NCBI RefSeq assembly: GCF_004010195.1
Contig: NC_057749.1
Coordinates: 9,656,572 to 9,676,666, forward strand
DNA length: 20,095 nt
Direction: 5' to 3'
DNA from: Chiloscyllium plagiosum
Taxonomy: Eukaryota
A program made the translations under genes and the position numbers. The number at the start of each line of letters is the position of its first letter. Position 1 is the stretch's first letter. A model generated the notes under the pieces. That model made no database searches. It was given only the letters and a program-made list of their open reading frames with translations, and was not told the DNA's origin. Below, piece after piece: positions 1-6,999 of this stretch.

Positions 1-19
1 AATGGTCTAAGGCAATGTA

Positions 20-93
20 GATAGATAGAGAGATAGAGATAATATATAGAGATAATATATAGAGATAGAGATAGGGAGAGAGACCTAGAGACC
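20..93. repeat. (AGATAG/AGAG)-type simple repeat
   Basis: Degenerate tandem ATAG/AGAGAT units read directly from the sequence. Confidence 0.8.
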
Positions 94-251
94 TATTGGA
101 ATGTCTAAGGTGTCAGTGTTTCTACCCTGGCTTTGTGGTAGTACTCACACACAGCAGAAGATTCACTAATCTTGGTCTGTACATGGGTGAAAAATCAATT
201 GCTGCCAAGCTGCATCTGAGATAATTTTCAGCGAATTATTGTGGTCCATTT

Positions 252-551
252 AGGGTGGCATGGTGGCTCAGCAGTTAGCACTGCTGCCTCACAGCACCAG
301 GGCCCCAGGTTCGATTCCAACCTCAGGCAACTGTCTGTGTGGAATTTGCATATTCTCCCCGTGTCTGCTGGGTTTCCTCTGGGTGCTCCGGTTTCCTCCC
401 ATAGTCCAAAGATGCGCAAGTCAGGTGAATTGGCTGTGCTAAATTACCCAGAGTGTTAGGTGCATTAGTCAGAGGGAAATGAGTCTGGGTGGGTTACTCT
501 TTGGAGGGTCGGTGTGGATTGGTTCCACACTGTAGGGAATATAATCTAATC
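252..551 (+). mobile_element. tRNA-derived V-SINE (HE1-like)
   Basis: A box TGGCTCAGCAGTTAG, B box GGTTCGATTCC, V-domain (TGTGTGGAATTTGCATATTCTCCCCGTGTCTGC...GGTTTCCTCCC), CR1-like tail CCACACTGTAGGGAAT and (AATCT)n. Homologous to 2363-2627 and 13564-13856. Confidence 0.9.
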
Positions 552-590
552 CATTAATTTATAAAAAGCCACACACACACAGACACACAC

Positions 591-660
591 AGAAAAGCTC
601 AGCATCTGGAAAGAGATATCAGAGTTAACGTTGCAGGTCACATGACCCTTCCTCAGAACA
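591..660 (-). mobile_element. Penelope-like terminal fragment with degenerate hammerhead motif
   Basis: Minus strand reads GTT-CTGAGGA-A-GGGTCA-TG-TGACCT-GCAA-CG-TT-AAC, a hammerhead layout with GAAA changed to GCAA. It shares CAGAGTTAAC and GCATCTG motifs with other copies in the window. Confidence 0.65.
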
Positions 661-681
661 GGGTTATTAATAATTTTTTTA

Positions 682-882
682 AAATGCTACGGTCCTACCA
701 GACAATGGAGCTGCTTCCTCATCAGAGAAGCAATTGGTGATGGTTGAACCTGAAGGTCACCGTGCCTCAAGTGAGGGAGAGTTTAAGAAGGAGAATCTTT
801 CATGGCGACCTCAGCCAGTGCAGGAATTGAAACCATGTTGTTGGCATTATTCTAAAATGCAAACCAGCCAACTGAGCTAGCC
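682..882 (-). mobile_element. tRNA-derived SINE (second family)
   Basis: Minus strand starts TAGCTCAGTTGG (A box), has GGTTTCAATTCC (B box), then a body recalled from shark SINEs (GGCTGAGGT..CCATGAA..GGTGACCTTCAGGTT). Confidence 0.7.
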
Positions 883-1202
883 ACCCATCCCAAAATCGAT
901 AGAAGGTTTCCATTTGAAGGTAACAAAGGTATCAAACCTCAAAATAAAGGAAAAAAAGCTGAAAATGCCAAGAAATGGGACAGTGCCTGAGTGTGTGTGT
1001 GAGAGAGAGAGAGAACGTTCTTAGCAGAGGTCATTAGCCTAAACTCCAGTTCTCTCTCTAGTCTCCAGTATTTTGGATTTCCTGCACCGACAAGTTCTTA
1101 CAACACTATGTTCAGTCACTGTTTCCAAACCCTGTTGTGTTTTTTTGTGCGATCATCTGATCTCATGTTGTAATGAAAGCACAATACTCTGGGTGGTGGA
1201 GG

Positions 1203-1545
1203 TCTGAAATTAAAAACAACTGAACAGTGCTGGAAAAACTCAGCAAATCTGACAGCAAAGAGACAGAGAAAAACAGAGTTAACATTTCGAATCCAATGAC
1301 CCTTCAACGATTCCAGTAACAAATTTTCTCTCATTCCAAAGCCAAATAACCTGGTGGGACTTTCTGATAAAGTTGTTTTATTCAGCGCCAGAGAGGCGCT
1401 TTGTAAATGCAGAGCCGTTGTTGGGAGACTCGTCAAGAAATTATTCTTTCCTTCTAAAGAAAACTCGAAAAGTTAACTCTGTCTCCACAGATGCTACCAG
1501 ACCTGCTGAGTTTCTCCCACACTTTCTGTTTTCTTTTAAAGTCTG
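1203..1545. mobile_element. Inverted pair of Penelope-like termini with a spacer of about 150 bp
   Basis: Left arm (about 1203-1306, GCTGGAAAAACTCAGCAAATCTG...CAGAGTTAACATTTCG) is the imperfect reverse complement of the right arm (about 1465-1545, CGAAAAGTTAACTCTG...CAGACCTGCTGAGTTTCTCC). Confidence 0.7.
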
Positions 1546-1993
1546 ATGCTGAATTCTTTTCATCTGTCATCCAGATGGCATTGGACAACTGCCAGGGCAG
1601 GGTCCTCAATTAAATTTTCACCCCTTCCCCCAAAATAAACATTGCTAATGCCAAGTTCTCTTTACCGTAAGCACGTGGACATTTCGCCAGTAGTCTTCCT
1701 GCACTGATACTGCAGGGTGATCACATGATTGTCAGGACACGCTTCTCTAATTAAAACAAGATGAGAACATTAGACAGTGGCCGGTCAACAGCGAGTCACA
1801 TCCAGCCCTCGCACGCACTTCGGTTTCATTGCGAGCCAGCTGGTTTGGCTGACCTCAACCGCTTACTCAGTACCCGCGACGCGTTTTATTCAATTGAGTG
1901 CCGCGCAGGCGTTTTGCAAATGCAGAGTTGTTGTTGTGGGGCACTTGTCTGGAATTGATTCCTCTGTTCGGTGCCGGGAGAGTGCAATCTTTC

Positions 1994-2021
1994 ACTCTCT
2001 CTCTCTCTCTCTCACACACAC
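1994..2021. repeat. (CT)n(CA)n microsatellite
   Basis: Seen directly. Similar GA/CT tracts occur at about 990-1013, 2235-2253 and 18703-18730. Confidence 0.9.
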
Positions 2022-2362
2022 CAACATGAGTTTGCAAGAATGCCCACATTTCCCACTGTATGCAGGAAACTTTCAGAAGCCCACTCCCCTCCAGGCTCAG
2101 GGATTGTCACAGCGCCCAGAGCTGCATCTGACAGCCTCCTGATGTCCTCTGTCCATCTTTCAGAAATGGGAGGGGGCGGCTTGTGAGCTTGGAGTTCAGG
2201 CATTCCCTGTAACTTTACAATGCTGAACAATCGGAGAGAGAGAGAGAGAGAGAATGGGGGTCTCTCCCCACACCTGGCCCCCTGAGACCTCATTCTCAAT
2301 GTGCAGATCCTGACAGAGCCCCACTGTCTCCAAGCGATCCAGGAATGCCTTCATGAGAGATC

Positions 2363-2627
2363 GGGGGCGGCACGGTGGCTCAGTGGTTAGCACAGCTGCC
2401 TCACAGCACCAGGGACCCGGGTTCAATTCCTGTCGTGGAGTTTGCACATTCTCCCCGTGTCTGCATGGGTTTCCTCCCACAGTCATCAAAGATGTGCAGG
2501 TCAGGTGAATTGGCCATGCTAAATTGCCCATAGTGTTAGGCGCATTAGTCGGGGGAAATGGGTCTGGGTGAGTTGCTCTTCGGAGGGTTTGTGGGGCCGA
2601 AGGGCCTGTCGAGAATCTAATCTAATC
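2363..2627 (+). mobile_element. tRNA-derived V-SINE (HE1-like), internally deleted
   Basis: GGGGGCGGCACGGTGGCTCAGTGGTTAGCAC head, GGTTCAATTCC B box, V-domain and (AATCT)n tail. Aligns by eye to 252-551. Confidence 0.9.
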
Positions 2628-2744
2628 GAATCATCAATCAGTTCTGGAACATCTCCGGAGCAGTTGAAACCTCAATCGCGAGAAACCTATTGGGCTCATT
2701 ACAGATGTTGTAATGATGCACATAATCCTTGAAGTCTAAAACCC

Positions 2745-2837
2745 CACTAGCTGCCTGACGAAGGAGCAGCGCTCCGAAAGCTAGTGCTTCCAAATAAACC
2801 TGCTGGCCTCTAACCTGGTGGTGTGTGATCTGTAACT
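2745..2837 (+). mobile_element. Penelope-like terminal fragment containing a hammerhead motif
   Basis: CTGACGA-A-GGAGC-AGC-GCTCC-GAAA-GC-TA-GTG followed by CTTCCAAATAAACCTG...AACCTGGTG..GTGTGAT, a terminus recalled from shark Penelope-like repeats. Confidence 0.7.
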
Positions 2838-2903
2838 AAAACAATTTTCACCTACATAAAGCGCCCACCCCCCCTCGTTTGGAGGCAGTTAATTAACCCT
2901 TAC

Positions 2904-3007
2904 CTTTCCAGTTCAGCATCCCAGACAGGCGAGGGGCACATCGGTGACAGCAGGGCAAAGGCCAGGATGATCGGAAAGTATTCTCCACAATTCATGGGTT
3001 TGGACAT
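2904..3007 (-). CDS. Probable first coding exon of a secreted or membrane protein (signal peptide), phase-2 junction; gene not identified
   Basis: ATG at 3007 with an in-frame TGA 9 nt upstream. 34 codons plus 2 nt encode MSKPMNCGEYFPIILAFALLSPMCPSPVWDAELE(R/S), with hydrophobic core FPIILAFALL. The exon ends at AAG|GTAAGG (intron starts at 2903) and lies in non-repetitive CpG-rich DNA. Confidence 0.72.
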
Positions 3008-3895
3008 TTGTTTTCAGAAAGACTGCGGCAAAGCGCGCCGCCGGAAAATGTCAAATGTTGCAGCCTCGGGTTCTCGTGAATTGGTCCGGAGGTGTTTGCT
3101 GGGCGGTTTTGTTGGCGAATTCGGTCCTTCCCCCCCCCCCCCTCTCAGTGAGAGGAGGTGCGAGGATTGTTGGAATCTGGTTTCTTGAACTCGTCCAAGT
3201 CTCACTCTTTCATCTCTCTCTCTCCGTCCCCACTCTTCGTAAGACAAGGTTAACCTAGTAAAGACTGACTGAGTGACAAGGGGGGGGGGGGGGAAGCGTA
3301 GGAAGAATTGACCAGGAGCTCCAGTCTCCGGGGCTCAGGAAGCGAAATGCGCGGAGAGTCCTCGGGTCGAGGATTTGACAAAGTTTCTTCCCCCCCACCC
3401 CTGGAAGCAAAGCAAAGCCTCGGACTCCTTGGCACCGTTTCAGCCTGGTGAAACTGACCACCAGCCACCGGACTGCTCCGAGATTAATTAAACTGGGCGA
3501 AAGCAGTCTTCGGGACGGATTGAGACACAGCAGTGAAACTTGTCACAGGCTGATCCACAGCAGCACAACTCAGGAAACCGGTTGAGCGAAATGCCCGGAG
3601 ATTGTAAACAGTTGCATCAATAACTGGTTTCCCTCCCCGGGGAAGACTTGCAGCGGGAGAGAGGGGTTCGCCAGCGAGAAAGAATGACCTCGGATATTTC
3701 CAGTCCCTCATCTCCTGGGGATCAGCGCCGGCCCACCTCCCATCTTCATTTGCAGCAACAACTGAGAGATCGCCAGTCCCTCCAGCTCTCAACAACCTGG
3801 AAGGCATCTTATCTCGCCGGTTTTAAGTCTCCCCTTGTACCCCGCACTGAACACAACCGGGAGAAAGGGCAGCAAAGAGCAATGAACTCAAAACG

Positions 3896-4046
3896 AAGAC
3901 TTGCATTTGCATAGCGCCTTTCAACCACACTGCCCTTCCGATACCCCAAAGCGAACAGAGTACGTTTGAAATGTATTTGGGCGGGGGGTGGTGGAGCCAA
4001 TTTATGGGCAGCAAGCTGCGCAAACAGCCATGTATCCACAGATAAT
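3896..4046 (-). mobile_element. DeuSINE (SacSINE1/AmnSINE-related) 3' remnant
   Basis: AAGACTTGCATTTGCATAGCGCCTTTCA...CCCAAAGCG...GAGCCAATTT...CAGCAAG...CAAACAGC...CAGATAAT follows the reverse complement of the recalled DeuSINE 3' region. It is also similar to the in-window copies at 5553-5569 and 6615-6832. Confidence 0.65.
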
Positions 4047-4071
4047 AGGAACAGGAGTAGGCCATTCAGCC
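4043..4071 (-). mobile_element. Extreme 3' end of a CR1 LINE
   Basis: ATAGGAACAGGAGTAGGCCATTCAGCCC matches the CR1 3' terminus at about 6917-6943. Confidence 0.65.
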
Positions 4072-4179
4072 CCATCTTGTAGCACCAGAAACTAGCCAAC
4101 GCACTTGACCGGCGCGAGTGAGACCACAGCTGCCGGCCATCCAATTAGCTCTCATAAAATGGGATATGTCCCTCAGATA

Positions 4180-4667
4180 GGACTGGATTTTTAAAATTAT
4201 TCAGTCACAAGGGCATCGCTGGCCAGGCCAGCATTTATTGCCCATCCCTAATTGCCCTGAAGGCAGTTAAGAGTCTGTGGGTCTGGAGCCACATGTAGGC
4301 CACACCGGGTAAGGATGGCAGTTTGTTTCCCATTGTCAGATGGGTTTTTCTGACAATCAGCAGTGGATTCATTCATTGGCATCATTAGACTCTTGATTCC
4401 AGATTTTACTTTATTGGTTTCAAATTTGACCATCAGCTGTGGCAGGATTCCTAATGGTATTATTGCTGGACTGTTAATCCGGAGACCCAGGTTATGTAAT
4501 GGGGTCTTGGGTTCAAATCTTGTCTCATCATAAAGCTATTGATGCAATTGCCAGCATTAAATTGCTGCTGGACAATCTTCAGTCATTGGCAGACTGAACC
4601 TTGACTTTTTAGCTGGGTGGGGTGGGGGTGGAATGCAGGGACCAAACTGCCTGGTAAAATCCAGCCC
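4180..4667. mobile_element. Possible non-autonomous TIR DNA element (PIF/Harbinger-like), interrupted by a SINE
   Basis: GGACTGGATTTT (4180-4191) and AAAATCCAGCCC (4656-4667) are an 11/12 inverted match, both flanked by ATA (4177-4179, 4668-4670). Confidence 0.4.
4196..4520 (-). mobile_element. tRNA-derived SINE with LINE-derived tail; 5' head inverted
   Basis: 4196-4450 on minus is the SINE body plus tail GGGCAATTAGGGATGGGCAATAAATGCTGGCC..GCCAGCGATGCCC. 4451-4520 is the tRNA-like head (TAATGGTATTATTGCTGGACT...GGGTTCAAATC) on the plus strand. Confidence 0.7.
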
Positions 4668-5544
4668 ATAAAAATTGAGTAAGAAGCACAGTCGATCTGG
4701 GTGCTTAAAGACCCTGATCCGAAACCATTTACACCTTGTAGATTTAGTTAAAATTACATTCAGGGCTCGAGTATGGATCAAACTGGGAGCAGAATTGCAA
4801 GGAGCCTCTGTAGGAGATAGTCTTGACTCTGCTTAAAGTTAACATCCATTGAAATGCGAAGCTGGACTTGAAACCTACACAGGAGAGGGGGGGAAGGGGG
4901 CAGCTCCATCGAATGCTCTGATCACTTTATAAGCTTCTGCAACACTGCGAGTCCATTTCAAAAGTGGATCACCTCAGAAATAATTACAACTTGCCATCCA
5001 TGACTGGAGCTCTGTGCACATTTTACAAATGCTGGATTCCTAGGAATTTCATTAGGTGCCAAGGGCTAAGATTGCGTCTGTGGGAACTATAATGGCATGT
5101 GGGGGAAAATATATTGGAGATTTTCATGACCCTTTGAAGATAGGCAGTGCAAATCCCAATTTGTAAAGTTTGGCAAAATTAGCATTGAAATCCTGTCAGA
5201 GGGAAATAACAGGATATTGTTGATGGTGATCTCCAGTTCAAGGGCCTGATAAGTTTTTATCGTGTAATCTCAGCAAGCCCTTCTGCAGAGAGAAAAACCT
5301 ATTAATACCTGTAACAGAATCTTTCAATCTTGAAAAGTCTCGAAACGAAGGCAACTGTGGGATAAAACTGCAGGAGACTTTCCCAATGAAACGTAGTGAG
5401 GAATATGTTGGTTTGACAGCAGACCACACACATACATGCACGCCAAGTGGAATCTAGGCCCACCCAGACCAGGCAGCTGGGTAACTCATTATCGACAGCA
5501 AACTTTGTCAGCAAGGTCACTGTTGGAGAGGTTGAATTCAGCAA

Positions 5545-5605
5545 TGGCAATGTGCATTTATATAGCGCCATCAACATAACAAAACATTCAATGGAGCTTC
5601 ACGGA
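5545..5605 (-). mobile_element. L2/DeuSINE-type 3' tail fragment
   Basis: TGCATTTATATAGCGCC is the reverse complement of the GGCGCTATATAAATGCA terminus typical of L2-dependent elements. Confidence 0.55.
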
Positions 5606-5644
5606 AATATTATCAAATGTAATATGATTATGAGCAACACACAT

Positions 5645-5764
5645 AGATATTGCCCCATTTGTGGCAGAACCAGCAGATCACATATTGGACTTCAGACATC
5701 TCACAAGGCATCAAGGTGGAGTGGAAGTAAGTCGTCTTCAACCCTGAGGGACATCCTAAGAAGC
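5645..5764 (+). mobile_element. RTE-clade LINE 3' fragment
   Basis: Translates to CPICGRTSRSHIGL, resembling the RTE C-terminal CxxC...RIGL..H motif. Followed by an RTE-like 3' UTR AGTGGAAGTAAGTCGTCTTC..CCCTGAGGGAC..CCTAAGAAG. Confidence 0.65.
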
Positions 5765-5857
5765 AGATGGGGAGTGCTCTGAGTCAGAACTTTATGGATT
5801 CATGGTGGTCATTGTATTTGAGCACTTATTCTAGCCTTACAGTTAAACTTGTTCTAG

Positions 5858-6140
5858 CTAGTGCAGAGCTGAATGAGTGCTGTATCAATGGAGTTACAGT
5901 CTTTCAATTGAGATATTAAATTGAAAGTATCTGTCAGTTCGGGGGCTTGTTAGTGGTGCTACAGCTCTATTCAATGAAGAAAATTAAAATCACCCTTGTC
6001 TTTAATCCAATGTTTCTCTCTTTCTGGGACCTTGCAAATGCAAGTTGACTGTTGGTCGTGCCTGACAAAGCAATCATAAATGTTGCTTATAAAGTGCACT
6101 GGGATGTCTTCGAGCGCTTGTCAAAAATGCTGTAAGTTTC
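5858..6140 (+). mobile_element. Highly diverged DeuSINE remnant
   Basis: Order of motifs (GTGCAG..CTGA..GAGTGCTG, TGAGATATTAAA, CTATTC..GAAGAA, TGGGACCTTGC, AAAGTGC..TGGGATGTC) follows the recalled DeuSINE layout. Confidence 0.5.
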
Positions 6141-6189
6141 ATTTGGTAGAAAGTGCTTTCTGAAGCTCGTTAATACTGACAAATTTCTT

Positions 6190-6516
6190 ACAAAGTGTAC
6201 AGGGTAAAGATGGAAAGGATGTTTCCCTTAGTTGGTTTGTCTAAAAGTGGGAGATAGCATCTCTGAATAAGGGCCAGGTCATTTAAGACTGGGATCAGGA
6301 GGTGTTTCTTCATTTTAGAAGTCGGTGATTCTTTGGAGTTCCTGGAGAACATGAAAGCTCAATGATTCAGTGGGTTCAAGTCAGAAATGAATAGATTTCT
6401 GGATACTAATGATATCAAAGGATATGGAGGAAAATTATGCGGAGGTAAATAATCAGCCAGGATTTGTGTGAATGGCAAAGCAGGCAGAATGGCTTACTCC
6501 AACTCCTATTTATTCT
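6190..6516 (+). mobile_element. CR1 LINE 3' fragment (old)
   Basis: AGGATGTTTCCC...TTTAAGACTG..AGGAGG..TTTCTTC...GAATGGCTTACTCCAACTCCTATT corresponds to the CR1 ORF2 end and 3' UTR. Confidence 0.75.
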
Positions 6517-6614
6517 AAAAGCAAGGCCTTTTTATACAGTAATGGAGAAAAGTTATGGAGTGATTGAAAATATCAGCTGTACGTAACCCAGCATCCATAT
6601 CATTTAAAAAAGAA

Positions 6615-6832
6615 AAGGCATGTATTTACAAAATACTTTTCACAACCACTAGATGCCTCAAAAGTGTTTCATGGCCAATTCAATGCTTTTTCAAATGTTG
6701 TCACTGTTGTAATTTGCACAGTCAATATTTCCACTGCAAGATCCCACAAATAACAACATCATAATGACCTGAGAATCTCTTTGAGTGATGTTGGTTGAGG
6801 GATAAATATAAGTCAGGACACAAGGGATAATT
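6615..6832 (-). mobile_element. DeuSINE remnant (Deu domain)
   Basis: GTCACTGTTGTAAT...GCAAGATCCCACAAA...ATAATGACC...GTGATGTTGGTTGAGGGATAAAT...CAGGACAC is a clear match to the reverse complement of the recalled Deu domain. Confidence 0.75.
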
Positions 6833-6835
6833 CTA

Positions 6836-6913
6836 GTAAAAGCTAAATGCTTGGATGCTGGAAATCTGAAACAAACACAGAAACTCAGCAGGTCTGACGG
6901 CATCTGTGGAAAG
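6836..6913. mobile_element. Penelope-like terminus, left part (continues at 11559)
   Basis: GATGCTGGAAATCTGAAACAAACACAGAAACTCAGCAGGTCTGACGGCATCTGTGGAAAG resumes as AGAAACAGAGTTAATGTTT on the far side of the CR1. Confidence 0.7.
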
Positions 6914-6999
6914 AACATAGAGCAGGAGTAGGCCATTCGGCCCTTTGAGCCTGTTCCGCCACTCAATGAGAACTTGGCCAATCTTTTTGTGGACTCTTT

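Larger units (their letters stand above)
3008..4150 (-). promoter_or_regulatory. CpG-rich 5' UTR/promoter region of the minus-strand gene
   Basis: CpG and GC content are visibly higher than in the rest of the window. Contains GC box GGGCGGGG (3979-3986), CCAAT (3997-4001, 4141-4145) and octamer ATTTGCAT (3905-3912). The TSS cannot be located from sequence. Confidence 0.6.

Noticed and set aside
252..325. tRNA gene-like sequence
   Set aside because: The A/B boxes continue into a SINE body and tail, and no complete cloverleaf is evident. The same applies to the other SINE heads.
228..459. Overlapping short ORFs (also 13572-13981, 2196-2531)
   Set aside because: They are translations of V-SINE copies. 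The same peptides recur wherever the SINE occurs.
1381..1401. RE1- or CTCF-like site TTCAGCGCCAGAGAGGCGCT
   Set aside because: The second half-site and spacing do not fit either consensus well.
2904..3007. Assigning a gene symbol to the exon
   Set aside because: Signal peptides are poorly conserved and I do not recognise this one. A phase-2 first intron fits many gene families.
3484..3807. 107-aa minus-strand ORF upstream of the exon
   Set aside because: No recognisable domain or splice support. Long stop-free frames are common in GC-rich promoter/UTR DNA. It cannot be excluded as a uORF.
3997..4007. CArG (SRF) box CCAATTTATGG
   Set aside because: It has seven A/T bases between CC and GG rather than six, and it is largely inherited from the SINE remnant.
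5036..5086. Palindrome ATTCCTAGGAAT and RBPJ-type TGTGGGAA
   Set aside because: Isolated short motifs expected by chance in 20 kb, with no independent support.
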